A stretch of 64,000 nt of DNA from Candidatus Saccharimonadales bacterium (GCA_035493615.1 DATJHW010000135.1:8361-72360), one strand, 5' to 3'; counted from the stretch's first letter, positions 24,969-35,126 are shown. A program made the numbers and translations. The notes: generated by a model not told the origin, from the sequence alone.

Positions 24969-25894
24969 ACGATCCAACGGAGCACCGCCTTCTGCGCATG
25001 CAGCCGGTTCTCGGCCTGGTCGAACACCGCGCTCTGCGGCCCGTCGATCACATCGTCCGTGATCTCCTCGCCGCGATGCGCCGGGAGATCGTGCAGGACG
25101 ATCGCCCCCGGCTTCGCGTTCGCGAGCAGGTCGCGGTTCACCTGAAATCCCTGGAACGCGCGCCGGCGACGCTCGTACTCCTGCTCCTGACCCATGCTCG
25201 TCCACACATCGGTGTACACGACATCGGCGTCGCGCACGGCGGCGACCGGATCCTGCCCGAACGTGATGCGCGCGCCGGTGGATCGCGCGGACGCCTCCGC
25301 GAGCTCTCGATACCGCGGCAACGGTTCGAAGCCTGCCGGCGTCGCGACGCGGAGGGTCATGCCGGTCTTTGCCGCGACGAGCATGAACGAGTGCGCGACA
25401 TTGTTGCCGTCACCGATATACGCGGCGACGACGTCGCGCAGCGCGCCCTTTCGCTCGCGGATGGTGAAGATGTCCGCGAGCCCCTGGCACGGATGGGTGA
25501 GGTCCGACAGACCGTTGATCACCGGGACCGATGAGTACTTCGCGAACTCCTCGAGCGTCTCGTGCGCGAACGTCCGGAGCACGACCACGTCGACGTAGCG
25601 GCTCACGACCCTCGCCACGTCGGACACGCTCTCGCGGCGGCCCAGCCCGACCTCCTGCGGCGACAGGTACGAGCTGTGACCGCCGAGGTCGCGCATGGCC
25701 ACGTCGAAGGACAGGCGCGTCCGCAAGCTCGGCTTCTCGAAGATCATCGCGAGGGCGCGGCCGCGGAGCGGCGCGCCGCTCGGCACCGGATCGCGCTTGA
25801 GGGCCGTCGCGTCGTCCAGCAGCGCCGTCAGCTCCGCCCCAGATAGATCGGCGATCGACAGGAAGTGGCGCACCTGCGTCGCGACCGCGGTCAT
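24965..25894 (-). CDS. argF: Ornithine carbamoyltransferase
   Basis: 309 aa from ATG 25894. KPSLRTRLSF, HPCQ, DVWTSMG, HDLPAHRGEE signatures. Confidence 0.9.
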   Translation of the reverse strand: MTAVATQVRHFLSIADLSGAELTALLDDATALKRDPVPSGAPLRGRALAMIFEKPSLRTRLSFDVAMRDLGGHSSYLSPQEVGLGRRESVSDVARVVSRYVDVVVLRTFAHETLEEFAKYSSVPVINGLSDLTHPCQGLADIFTIRERKGALRDVVAAYIGDGNNVAHSFMLVAAKTGMTLRVATPAGFEPLPRYRELAEASARSTGARITFGQDPVAAVRDADVVYTDVWTSMGQEQEYERRRRAFQGFQVNRDLLANAKPGAIVLHDLPAHRGEEITDDVIDGPQSAVFDQAENRLHAQKAVLRWIV

Positions 25895-26916
25895 TGGATC
25901 GCCCGCAGGCGGGGGCGCTGCTCCACAAGGAGAGCGAGCAGCGCGTCCGCCAGCCGCGTCGCGTCGTGCCGGATCGTGTCCTGCTTGTTCCACAGCTCGC
26001 GCGGCCCGCTCCACTTGTCGATGATCGGCGCCGTCGCGACGCGGATGCCGAGGCCCTCGATCCGTGCGATCTGATCCGCGGTCGGCTCGAGGTAGCGCAT
26101 GCCCTGCTCGGCGTGGTGGTCGCGCAGGTGCGCGGGCGGCGCGTCGTCATTGAGCAGGACCACGTCGAGGCCCGTCCCGCCGAGGTAATCGCGGACCGCG
26201 GCCACGTGCTCGGAGAGCGTGACCGCGTCGGTCTGGCCGGGCTGGGTCGTGGTGTTGCCGACGTAGACGACGAGCCCGCGGGCTTCGCTGATGGCGCGCG
26301 CGATCTCCGGCACCAGCAGGCACGCGCAGATCGTCGTGTACAGCGAGCCGGGCCCGAGCGTGATGAGATCCGCGGCTCCGATCGCCTCGAGCGTGCCGGC
26401 CGCGGCCTTGGGGTCGGCGTCGCGGAGATAGATCCGCTCGATGCGTGCCTTGCCCAGGCCGCGCACGTTCTCCTCCTCCTCGACCACGCTGCCGTCGGCC
26501 AGCTTCGCGCAGAGGTGCGTGTTGTAAAGCGTGACCGGGAGGACCTTCCCGCGGATCCCCAGCAGCCGCGCCGCCTCCTCGACACCGCGAAGGAACGAGC
26601 CCTCCTGCTGGGCGAGCGCGGCGATGAACAGGTTGCCGAACGCCATCCCGTTGAGCTCGACGCTCTTGTCGGTCTCGAACCGGTGACCGAACAGGCGCCT
26701 CAGGACCGGATCACCCTCCGCGAGCACGGCGATCGCGTTGCGGACGTCACCGGGCGCTGGCAGGTCGAGCGCGATCCGCACCTTGCCGGTCGACCGGCCC
26801 GAATCTGTAACCGCGATGATCCCGGTGATGTCGTCGGTGTGCGCGCGCATGCCGGCCATCACCGTCGGCGCGCCAAGCCCTCCGCCGAGACAGACGACGC
26901 GCAGATGCGGGGCCAT
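25891..26916 (-). CDS. YvcK/CofD-family (gluconeogenesis factor / UPF0052) protein
   Basis: 341 aa. N-terminal VVCLGGGLG dinucleotide-fold. Stop overlaps the argF start (ATGA). Confidence 0.8.
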   Translation of the reverse strand: MAPHLRVVCLGGGLGAPTVMAGMRAHTDDITGIIAVTDSGRSTGKVRIALDLPAPGDVRNAIAVLAEGDPVLRRLFGHRFETDKSVELNGMAFGNLFIAALAQQEGSFLRGVEEAARLLGIRGKVLPVTLYNTHLCAKLADGSVVEEEENVRGLGKARIERIYLRDADPKAAAGTLEAIGAADLITLGPGSLYTTICACLLVPEIARAISEARGLVVYVGNTTTQPGQTDAVTLSEHVAAVRDYLGGTGLDVVLLNDDAPPAHLRDHHAEQGMRYLEPTADQIARIEGLGIRVATAPIIDKWSGPRELWNKQDTIRHDATRLADALLALLVEQRPRLRAIQ

Positions 26917-26981
26917 TCGCGAATCTTGCCAGAGATGCGGAGCGCCCCGCGCTATGCAACCGCGTCACCCGCGCGGGGGAG

Positions 26982-27962
26982 GTGACCGGCTGGTGCGCCG
27001 CTCATGATCCGCGGGTCATGCGGATGCGGAAGCTGTCGTCCACCATTCGCGATGCCGCGCCATGGCTCGGATTGACGGCGCTCATCGGCATCGTCGATTA
27101 CCTCACGCCGTCGTCGTACGCCTTCGCCTCGATCTACTTCATCCCGATCTTCCCGGCGGCATGGCGTTCGCGGGCCGTCGGGTTCGTCGTCGCCGCGGCG
27201 TCGAGCCTCGCTTGGATCGCATGCGACTACGTGCAGAGGCCGGTGACCGACGTCAACGCGCAGATCTGGAATTACGCGACTCGGATCATGGTGTTCATCC
27301 TCGCCGTCGTCCTCGCCTCGACCTTGCAGCGCGAGCAGCACCGCATCGGCGAGCTCGACCGTCAGCGCGGCAGCCTGCTCACGCTCCTCGAGCACGAGGT
27401 CCCGGGACCGCTCCGCGAGCTCGCGACCGAGCTGCGCGGCATCTCGGGAGTCGCGCCCGCTGTCGCCGACCGGCTCACGAAGCGCGCCGAGCAGCTCGTC
27501 TTCCTCTCCGACGACCTCGCGTCGCTCGGCGAGCTCGAGGCCGCCGGGCTTCACCTGGAGAAGCGCACGACCAACATCGTCGACATGGTCCACGAGCTGC
27601 GCGCCGGGGCGCCGGACCGGCAACACGTGGTGCTCACCGTCCCGGTCGCTCCCGTCCGCGTGAACGCGGATCCGGACCGGCTGCGCCAGGCGCTCGACGC
27701 GATGTTCCGCGAGGTGAGCGCGACCGCGGAGTCCGTGAGCGTCGATTGCCGCACGGACAAGGGGTCCGCGGTCATCTCGATCGGCAGCGCGACCATGGCG
27801 GTCGTGTCCGGCGCGGCGACGATGGTGCGCGGCGACGACCCCGCGGTCGGCGCTCGGACCCAGCTCGCCCGGGTGCTCCTGGCCGCCCACGGCGGCACGC
27901 TGTTCGGCGCGCGCGAGTCCATGGGCCGCGGCCAGCGGCTCATCGCGCGCCTCCCCCTCTGA
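26982..27962 (+). CDS. DUF4118-domain membrane sensor histidine-kinase-like protein with degenerate ATPase motifs
   Basis: N-terminal KdpD-like membrane domain (IVDYLTPSSYAFASIYFIPIF). H-box-like LLEHEVPGPL. C-terminal HATPase-like region lacks the N-box Asn and G1 DxGxG. Confidence 0.55.
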   Translation: MTGWCAAHDPRVMRMRKLSSTIRDAAPWLGLTALIGIVDYLTPSSYAFASIYFIPIFPAAWRSRAVGFVVAAASSLAWIACDYVQRPVTDVNAQIWNYATRIMVFILAVVLASTLQREQHRIGELDRQRGSLLTLLEHEVPGPLRELATELRGISGVAPAVADRLTKRAEQLVFLSDDLASLGELEAAGLHLEKRTTNIVDMVHELRAGAPDRQHVVLTVPVAPVRVNADPDRLRQALDAMFREVSATAESVSVDCRTDKGSAVISIGSATMAVVSGAATMVRGDDPAVGARTQLARVLLAAHGGTLFGARESMGRGQRLIARLPL

Positions 27963-28022
27963 CCGATCAGCAGGGACCGCGCGCTGCTCGGACGACCCTC
28001 CTGACCGAGGGACCCGGGGGCC

Positions 28023-29651
28023 CTACTGGCAGCCGGTGAACTTGAACGCGTTGAGGTGGGTGCTCCAGTTGAACGACCCGTTGGCCTTGAGGTACTCCGT
28101 CGTGTACCAGAAGGTGCAATCGTCGACGGGATCGAGCGCCATGCTGCTGTAGTCGCCCCACCGGTGGAGCGTGCCGGTCTGCGATCCACCACCGGCCTGG
28201 ACCGTCTGCTCCATTCGAAGCGTGCTCGGCGGGTCGCCCACACCGCGGCCGGAGTATCGGATGCTCGGAGCGATCGTCGCGCTCGCCGCGCTGTAGCCGA
28301 TCGCGAGGTCGCCGAGCTTGTCCATCGCGGCGCTGCCCATCCAGCGGTAGGTCGTGTCGGGCGCGTAGGTCGACGCCTGATACACGGTGAAGTCCTGGGT
28401 GCCCGTGCTGCGGAGCTCGTACCACCGCGGAGCCGCGGTGCCGCTGCCGGTGACGGAATGCGTGACCACGAGCGATTCGTAGCCACCGAAATTGCGATAG
28501 GCGAGCCGATACATGAGTCGGTCGGCGAGCGAGTCCAGCTGGTTGCTCGTGCCGGGCTGCGGGATGCAGGTGCCGCCGCCGCAGGCCCTCGAGAACGCCG
28601 GGACCGCGACCGATGCGCCGGCGAACGTGGAGCGCGCCGAGTTGCCGAAGTCGACATGGAACTTGAACAGGGTGAGCGCGTTCGTTCCGAGCTCCGCGAA
28701 GACATCGGGAGCGCCGGCCGGCGGGGCGGCGGTCGTGTTGGCCGCGCCCGTCGCACCGTCCAGGTCCGCGGGCAGCAGGCTCGCGACGTTCGTGCCGCTG
28801 TTGAAGCACTGGGCCGCCGCGGTCGGGAGCCCGGCGAGCATGGCCGCGCGATCGAATGCGCACGCGGCGGCGCCGGCGAAGCTGACGCCATTGAGGAACC
28901 GGTTGAACGACAGGTAGTACGCGTCGGTCCACACGCCGAGCTTCGGGTAGTCGGGAAAATAGCTGCCGAAGCTGTAGGCGTAGCGGGTCCAGGTGCCCGC
29001 GAGGATGTCAGGGCCGGACGAGATCGCGATGCACTGGAAGTAGGGTGCCCCACCGGACACTGAGAACTGGGTCGCGAACCACCGACCTGCCTGAGCATCG
29101 AACTTGATGATCGGATCGCCGTCGTTGTTCCGGTCGCAGTTCCCTGCGGTGAAGCCGGCCCAGAACGAATTGCCCGCGAACGGCCCCGCCGTCAGCGCGC
29201 CGGTCGCCTTGTCGAACACGGCGTAGTCCAGGTTCACCCACTGCACGACCTGCGTGGGGCCCACGGACGCATTCGTGTCGGGCGGCGCGCAGCAGGGCCG
29301 GTACGCCCCCAAGCCGACGCCGATACCGTCGAAGCTCCGTCCGGCGCTCGTCCCGAGCGCGGTGGGCGCGCTCGTCTGGAGTGCGCCATCTGAGGTCCCG
29401 CCACCGCCTCCCCCGGGCTTCCCGTGCGTGCCGCCGGGCTTCAACAGGAGCGGCTGCTCGCGGCTGTCCTCGCCGCGGCGGTCGCTCACCGGGCTCCGGG
29501 CGATCGATGGGCCGACGCCGGTCGCGACCGGCGTGAGGACCATGAGCGTGGGTTCCTCCGGCCGAGGCGCTGCCTGTGCGCCTCCCGCCGAGAGGACGAT
29601 GCTCAGCACGGCGACGAGCGTGACGGCAAGCGGGCGAGCGAGATGCAGCAC
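28023..29651 (-). CDS. Secreted hypothetical protein (signal peptide, poly-Gly stretch, Cys pairs). No family recognised.
   Basis: 542 aa. MLHLARPLAVTLVAVLSIVLSAGGAQA signal peptide. GGGGGG linker. Many aromatic/Gly residues. C-terminal RWGDYSSMALD...CTFWYTTEY. Confidence 0.5.
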   Translation of the reverse strand: MLHLARPLAVTLVAVLSIVLSAGGAQAAPRPEEPTLMVLTPVATGVGPSIARSPVSDRRGEDSREQPLLLKPGGTHGKPGGGGGGTSDGALQTSAPTALGTSAGRSFDGIGVGLGAYRPCCAPPDTNASVGPTQVVQWVNLDYAVFDKATGALTAGPFAGNSFWAGFTAGNCDRNNDGDPIIKFDAQAGRWFATQFSVSGGAPYFQCIAISSGPDILAGTWTRYAYSFGSYFPDYPKLGVWTDAYYLSFNRFLNGVSFAGAAACAFDRAAMLAGLPTAAAQCFNSGTNVASLLPADLDGATGAANTTAAPPAGAPDVFAELGTNALTLFKFHVDFGNSARSTFAGASVAVPAFSRACGGGTCIPQPGTSNQLDSLADRLMYRLAYRNFGGYESLVVTHSVTGSGTAAPRWYELRSTGTQDFTVYQASTYAPDTTYRWMGSAAMDKLGDLAIGYSAASATIAPSIRYSGRGVGDPPSTLRMEQTVQAGGGSQTGTLHRWGDYSSMALDPVDDCTFWYTTEYLKANGSFNWSTHLNAFKFTGCQ

Positions 29652-29814
29652 GGTTTACCCCTTCGTTCTTCCCCGGATGGCGACGCCGCAAGAGTCTGGG
29701 ACGCCGCGGCCATGCTGTCGATAACGAAAAGCTGTCGGTCCGGCCCGGCGAGGCGGATACCTCCGGAAAGCCAACGGGGGCCTGCTCGGCACGCTGGTTG
29801 CGCGTCTGTCGGCC

Positions 29815-30258
29815 GTGCGCCGCCACGTCCCGTCCTGGGCGACCCAGTTCGCCGTCGGCATGGCCCTCGTGCTCATCGCGGTCGCGCTCTTCGCGGCGCT
29901 GCTCGGGGCCGCCGTCCGGGGACCGACGGCGTTCTTCGACGAGCTCGGGAAGACCGTCGCCCGTCTCGGGCCGCAGGCCCAGCCTGACATCGCCGACGAC
30001 GCGGAGCTGAAGGCGGTGATCCGCGCGATGCCCGACGGGAAGCTCACCGTCGGCTCGGTGGTCGAGGACAAGGACGAGGTGGTGTTCACGATCACCACTC
30101 CGCGCTCGGCGGTGAAGGCGGCGGTCAAGCCGGGCGACCAGCTCCGGATCGCAAAGGACGGGAGCGTCGAGATCGTGCCGACCGGGATCCCCGGCCTCTT
30201 GGACCAGCTCCAGCGCGACATCGACGACCTGAAGCGCAGATTCTTCGGCGGACCCTGA
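29815..30258 (+). CDS. Hypothetical membrane-anchored protein
   Basis: 147 aa. One N-terminal TM segment. No recognisable motif. Confidence 0.4.
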   Translation: MRRHVPSWATQFAVGMALVLIAVALFAALLGAAVRGPTAFFDELGKTVARLGPQAQPDIADDAELKAVIRAMPDGKLTVGSVVEDKDEVVFTITTPRSAVKAAVKPGDQLRIAKDGSVEIVPTGIPGLLDQLQRDIDDLKRRFFGGP

Positions 30259-30271
30259 CCGGACAACCAAA

Positions 30272-30293
30272 GGCCGCGCCTTGTGGCGCGGCC
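30272..30293. terminator. Bidirectional intrinsic terminator hairpin GGCCGCGCC-ttgt-GGCGCGGCC
   Basis: Perfect 9-bp GC stem with 4-nt loop, between convergent genes ending at 30258 (+) and 30321 (-). T-rich tail (TTTGGTT) on the minus-strand reading. Confidence 0.6.
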
Positions 30294-30320
30294 ATTCGTC
30301 CGTGGAGGAACGCGCTGCGT

Positions 30321-30515
30321 CTAGCTGGCGCGCTTGAGCGAGGCGCGCTGCGCGCGCACCGCGGCGGCCTGACGCGCCACGAGCTCCCCACGCCACGCCT
30401 TGCGGCGCTCGAGAGCCTCGTCATAGCCATGGTCGTAGGCACGGACCGCGAGGAACCCGACAACGACGATCCCGAGTGCGGTACCGAGCATCATCCCGAG
30501 GGCGAAAATGAGCAT
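30321..30515 (-). CDS. Small single-TM membrane protein (hypothetical)
   Basis: Internal Met of track ORF 30321..30665. MLIFALGMMLGTALGIVVVGFLAV TM helix. Confidence 0.3.
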   Translation of the reverse strand: MLIFALGMMLGTALGIVVVGFLAVRAYDHGYDEALERRKAWRGELVARQAAAVRAQRASLKRAS

Positions 30516-30580
30516 TCCCGTTCTGCCTTTCCGCGCTCCCGGCGCGATCCGTATTCCTGGATGACCCGAATGCACGGGAC

Positions 30581-31324
30581 GTGCCACCATGGCCCTGCTT
30601 GATGGACCTGCCGCACGCCGTGGAGGCCCGGGACGTCCGGAAACGCTTCGGTTCCGTAACGGCACTCGACGGATTGACCCTGGAGGTCAACACCGGCGAG
30701 ATCTACGGCCTCCTCGGACCGAACGGTTCGGGAAAGACGACGCTCATCCGGGCGCTCGCGGGCCTCGTCCGTCCCGACGCCGGCGAGCTGCGGATCTTCG
30801 GTGCGGCGCCGCGCGCCGCCGTCGCCGCCGGCGCGATCGGCTACATGACCCAGGCCCCGGCCCTCTACGGCGACCTCTCGGTCGACGAGAACCTCCGGTT
30901 CTTCGCGGCGCTCCAGAGCCTGCCTGACCCCGGCGTCCGGATCGAAGACGCGCTGCGGCGGGTGGACCTGCTCGATCGCCGGCGCTCGACCGTGAGCACG
31001 CTGTCGGGCGGCATGCGCACGCGCATCTCGCTCGCGGCCACGCTGCTGCACCAGCCCCGGCTGCTGCTGCTCGACGAGCCGACGGTGGGCGTCGATCCGG
31101 CGCTGCGGCACGAGTTCTGGGAACACTTCCGCGCCCTCGCCTCGTCCGGCGTCACGTTGCTCGTCTCGAGCCACGTGATGGACGAGGCCGCGCGCTGCGA
31201 CCGCCTCGGGCTCATCCGGGCGGGACGGGTGCTGGCGCAGGGCAGCTCGCGCGACCTCATCGCGCGCGCCGGATCGAACGACCTCGAGGGAGCGTTCCTG
31301 ACGCTCTCCGCGGCGCCGGCATGA
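30581..31324 (+). CDS. ABC transporter ATP-binding protein (ABC-2 exporter type)
   Basis: Walker A GPNGSGKTT, LSGGMRTR, Walker B LLLLDEPT. Confidence 0.85.
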   Translation: MPPWPCLMDLPHAVEARDVRKRFGSVTALDGLTLEVNTGEIYGLLGPNGSGKTTLIRALAGLVRPDAGELRIFGAAPRAAVAAGAIGYMTQAPALYGDLSVDENLRFFAALQSLPDPGVRIEDALRRVDLLDRRRSTVSTLSGGMRTRISLAATLLHQPRLLLLDEPTVGVDPALRHEFWEHFRALASSGVTLLVSSHVMDEAARCDRLGLIRAGRVLAQGSSRDLIARAGSNDLEGAFLTLSAAPA

Positions 31325-32370
31325 ATCCGCGCCGCACCGGTGCGGTCGCGCGGCGGATCGTGCTCGGGTTCCGGCACGACCGCCGGTCGCTCGCGCTCCT
31401 GTTCGTCGCGCCCATCGTCGTGCTCACCCTGGTCGGCGCGCTCTGGGGATCGCCGTCGACCAACACGATCCGCGTCATCGCCGCCGGCGACGTCGACCCG
31501 CAGCTCTACGAGGCCCTCCGCGGCACGAACATCCAGCTGCAGGCCATGGACACGCCGGCCGCGCTTGAGGAAGTCCGCGCGGGACGCGCCGACGCGATGA
31601 TCGAATTCACCGGCCAGGGCGCGACCGTGACCGTGGAGGGCTCGGACCCGACCCGCACGAGCGCGTTCGTGAGCCAGATGGACGCCGCCCTCACCGAGAT
31701 CATCATCGGTTCGCCGCTTCGCTCCGCCGTCACCGTGAAATACCTCTACGGCGGGCCGAGCTACACGCTGCTCGACTATCTCGCGCCCGTGCTCATTGCC
31801 GTGTTCGCGTACTTCTTCATCTTCCTGCTCTCGGCCGTCTCGTTCCTCCGCGAGCGGACGAGCGGGACGCTCGAGCGCCTGCTCGCGACACCGCTCACGC
31901 GGGCGGAGCTCGTGCTCGGCTACCTCGGCGGCTTCGCGCTGTTCGCGCTCATGCAGGCGCTCGTGATCCTCGCCTTCACCGTGTTCGTGCTGAAGGTCCA
32001 GTACCGCGGCAACCTCGCGACGATCTTCCTGGTCGAGGCCGTCCTCGTGGTCGGCGCGGTCAGCCTTGGCCTCGCGATCTCCGCGTTCGCGCGCAACGAG
32101 CTCCAGGCGGTGCAATTCGTCCCGATCGTGCTCGTCCCCCAGATCTTCCTCTCCGGTCTGCTGGTCCCGGTCGACCAGCTGAACGACGTCCTGCGGGCGC
32201 TCTCTGTGATCTTCCCGCTCACCTACGCGAACGAGGCCCTGCGCTCGGTGATGGTGAAGGGCTACCCGCTCACAGACCCGCTCATCCTGCGGGACATCGG
32301 GGTCCTGCTGGTGTTCGCGGTGGTCCTGGCGATCGCGGCGGTCGGCTCGATCCGCCGCGAGGTGGCCTAG
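31321..32370 (+). CDS. ABC-2 family transporter permease
   Basis: 349 aa. N-terminal TM + large loop + five C-terminal TM segments. Overlaps the ATPase gene. Confidence 0.8.
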   Translation: MNPRRTGAVARRIVLGFRHDRRSLALLFVAPIVVLTLVGALWGSPSTNTIRVIAAGDVDPQLYEALRGTNIQLQAMDTPAALEEVRAGRADAMIEFTGQGATVTVEGSDPTRTSAFVSQMDAALTEIIIGSPLRSAVTVKYLYGGPSYTLLDYLAPVLIAVFAYFFIFLLSAVSFLRERTSGTLERLLATPLTRAELVLGYLGGFALFALMQALVILAFTVFVLKVQYRGNLATIFLVEAVLVVGAVSLGLAISAFARNELQAVQFVPIVLVPQIFLSGLLVPVDQLNDVLRALSVIFPLTYANEALRSVMVKGYPLTDPLILRDIGVLLVFAVVLAIAAVGSIRREVA

Positions 32371-32422
32371 TCAGCGGTCCGGAGTTCCGTATCGTTCCGC
32401 GTGGCGGACAGAAGGAGGCGTC

Positions 32423-33040
32423 ATGCGACTCAATCTGATGCCGAAGAAGAGCATCTTCTTCACGCTCTTCAGCCAGCACGCCCAGAACGCCCTCGAGGCG
32501 GCGCAGGCCCTCGAGAGCTTCGTCACCGACTTCACGTCGATCGAGGACAAGGTCCGCAACATCCACGCGATCGAGCACTACGGTGACAAGCTCACCCACC
32601 AGATCATCGCGGAGCTGAACGGGACGTTCGTCACGCCGCTCGACCGCGAGGACATCGTCGGCCTGGCCTCCAAGCTCGACGACGTCACGGACGTCTGCTG
32701 GGACGTCGCGGAGATGATCAGCCTCTACAAGGTGACGAGCATCCGGCCGGCCGCCATCCGCCAGGCGCGCACGCTCGTGCAGGCCGCGACGGAGGTGGTC
32801 GCGTCGCTGGAGAACCTCGAGAAGCTGAAGGGCCTCGAGCCACACTGGATCAAGATCCACACCCTCGAGAACGAAGGTGACGCCGTCTTCCGCGAAGCCG
32901 TCGCCGACCTCTTCGCCCGGACGACGGATCCGGTCGAGATCATCAAGTGGAAGGACATCCACGGGCTCATCGAGGTCGCGATCGACCGGTGCGAGGACGT
33001 GGCGAACATCGTCGAGATGATCGTGGTGAAGCACCGCTGA
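32423..33040 (+). CDS. DUF47/PhoU-like PiT-associated accessory protein
   Basis: 205 aa all-helical protein. Immediately upstream of and stop/start-overlapping the PiT gene (typical pairing). Confidence 0.7.
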   Translation: MRLNLMPKKSIFFTLFSQHAQNALEAAQALESFVTDFTSIEDKVRNIHAIEHYGDKLTHQIIAELNGTFVTPLDREDIVGLASKLDDVTDVCWDVAEMISLYKVTSIRPAAIRQARTLVQAATEVVASLENLEKLKGLEPHWIKIHTLENEGDAVFREAVADLFARTTDPVEIIKWKDIHGLIEVAIDRCEDVANIVEMIVVKHR

Positions 33041-34050
33041 TGGACATGGCCACGGCGATCGTCGTCGCGGTCGTCATCCTCGGGCTCATCTTCGAATACG
33101 TGAACGGATTCCACGACGCGGCGAATGCCGTGGCGACGGTCATCGCGACGCGGGTGCTCACGCCGCTGCAGGCCGTCCTCATGGCCGGCTCGCTCAACCT
33201 CGTTGGCGCGCTCGCCGGCACCGCGGTAGCGGCGACGATCGCAAAGGGGATCGTCGACAGCACGCGGGTCACGCAGGATCTGGTCCTCGCGGCGCTGCTC
33301 GCGGCGATCGCGTGGGACCTGATCACGTTCTTCGCCGCGCTGCCGACGTCCTCGAGCCACGCCCTGGTGTTCGGCATCATCGGCGCGGCCGTGTCCGTTC
33401 ACGGCTGGGACGTGGTCATCGTCCCCGGCGTCCAGAAGACGAGCGCGGGTGTCGTCATCTCGCCGACGTTGACGTTCACGGTGGGCTATCTCTTCATGCT
33501 CGCGCTCTACTGGGCCGTCCGGAACAGGTCCTCGGCCGGCGTCAACGCGTTCTTCGGCCGCGGCCAGATCCTTTCGAGCGCGTGGATGGCCTTCACCCAC
33601 GGCGGCAACGACGGGCAGAAGACGATGGGGATCATCGCGCTCGCGCTCTACGGGGGAGGCATGCTCGGAGGACAGCCCGCTGGTTTCATCCCGGACTGGG
33701 TGAAGTTCGCGTGCGCGATCTCGATCGCGCTGGGGACGGCGATAGGCGGCTACCGGATCATCAAGACGATGGGCATGCGGATCACGCTGTTGAAGCCGAT
33801 CAACGGCTTCGTCGCGGAGACGACCGCCGGCGCGGTCATCGAGCTCGCGACCCGGCTGGGGATCCCGATCTCGACGACCCACGCGATCAACGGCGCGATC
33901 CTCGGCGTCGGCTCGACGCGCCGCCTCTCGGCCGTCCGCTGGGGCATCGCCGGCCGGATCGTGACGGCGTGGGTGCTCACCATCCCGGGCTGCTTCATCT
34001 TCGGCTGGGGCTTCACCCTGTTGATCCACGCGGTCGGGATCCACGTCTGA
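33040..34050 (+). CDS. pit: Inorganic phosphate transporter, PiT family
   Basis: 336 aa from ATG 33040. GFHDAANAVATVIATRVL and GGNDGQKTMGII duplicated motifs. Confidence 0.85.
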   Translation: MDMATAIVVAVVILGLIFEYVNGFHDAANAVATVIATRVLTPLQAVLMAGSLNLVGALAGTAVAATIAKGIVDSTRVTQDLVLAALLAAIAWDLITFFAALPTSSSHALVFGIIGAAVSVHGWDVVIVPGVQKTSAGVVISPTLTFTVGYLFMLALYWAVRNRSSAGVNAFFGRGQILSSAWMAFTHGGNDGQKTMGIIALALYGGGMLGGQPAGFIPDWVKFACAISIALGTAIGGYRIIKTMGMRITLLKPINGFVAETTAGAVIELATRLGIPISTTHAINGAILGVGSTRRLSAVRWGIAGRIVTAWVLTIPGCFIFGWGFTLLIHAVGIHV

Positions 34051-34052
34051 GG

Positions 34053-35117
34053 CTGCGCCGAGGCGGCGGATCGGCCGCGCAGCCCAGCGAAGCTCCCGCG
34101 CCCAGCCCCGATCCTGAGCGCGACCGCCTGCGGAACCTGGTCGCGGAGCTGCCGGACGCGATCGTCCTCGCCGACCGCGACGACGTCGTCCGCCTCGCGA
34201 ATCCCTCGGCTACTCGGCTGCTCGCGGCCGGGGAGCTTGTCGGCCACCGGCTGGTCGAGGTCGTCCGCGATCACGAGATGCTCGAGGCCGTCGAGGCGGC
34301 GCGGCATGGCGACCTGACCACACGCGAGATGGACCGTGACGGGGGCCGGCGGGTGCTGCGCATCACGGCCAAGGCGCTGCCGGGCGGCGACCTTGTGCTG
34401 ACGGTCCAGGATCTGAGCGCGGTTCGCCGGCTCGAGACGCAAAGGCGCGATTTCGTGGCGAACGTCTCGCACGAGCTGCGGACGCCGCTCTCGGCGCTGA
34501 AGGCGATGACCGAGACGCTGCGCGCGGGCGCGATGCGCGATCCGGCGGCGGCCGACGATTTTCTCGCGCGGATCGATCACGAGATCGACGGGCTGAGCGA
34601 TCTCGTCGGCGATCTGCTCGCCCTCACCCGAATGGAGTCCGGCGCCGACGCCCTCGATCTCGCCGACGTGGACGCCGGCGACCTCGTGCACGAAGCCGCG
34701 ATCCGCCTCGAGCCGCTCGCCGCGCGCGCGCAGATCCACCTCGCGACGGCGACCGACGCAAGCGGCGCGCACGTCCGGGTCGATGCAGCGCGGATGGCCC
34801 AGGTCCTCGCGAACCTCGTACACAACGCGATCAAGTTCACGCCGGCCGGGGGGACCGTGACGATCGGCACCACGTCGACGCCGTCCGAGGTCACGCTGTT
34901 CGTGCGAGACACCGGGGCGGGAATCGACCCGGCCGACCTCGAGCGCATCTTCGAGCGCTTCTTCAAGTCCGATCCGTCGCGCGCCACGGGCGGCACGGGG
35001 CTTGGACTCGCGATCGCGAAGCACGCCGTGCAGGCCCAGGGCGGGACGATCGGCGCAGCCAGCGGCGGCCGCGGCCAGGGCGCCACATTCACGGTCACGC
35101 TCCCGCGCTCCGGATAG
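34053..35117 (+). CDS. Phosphate-regulon-type sensor histidine kinase (PAS-HisKA-HATPase_c; SenX3/PhoR-like). Start codon uncertain.
   Basis: Reading frame of track ORF 33312..35117. PAS region, VSHELRTPLSAL H-box, N/G1/F/G2 boxes. No in-frame ATG/GTG between the pit stop and the PAS domain, so the start may be non-canonical, or there is a local sequence error. Confidence 0.7.
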   Translation: MRRGGGSAAQPSEAPAPSPDPERDRLRNLVAELPDAIVLADRDDVVRLANPSATRLLAAGELVGHRLVEVVRDHEMLEAVEAARHGDLTTREMDRDGGRRVLRITAKALPGGDLVLTVQDLSAVRRLETQRRDFVANVSHELRTPLSALKAMTETLRAGAMRDPAAADDFLARIDHEIDGLSDLVGDLLALTRMESGADALDLADVDAGDLVHEAAIRLEPLAARAQIHLATATDASGAHVRVDAARMAQVLANLVHNAIKFTPAGGTVTIGTTSTPSEVTLFVRDTGAGIDPADLERIFERFFKSDPSRATGGTGLGLAIAKHAVQAQGGTIGAASGGRGQGATFTVTLPRSG

Positions 35118-35126
35118 GCTCGATCG

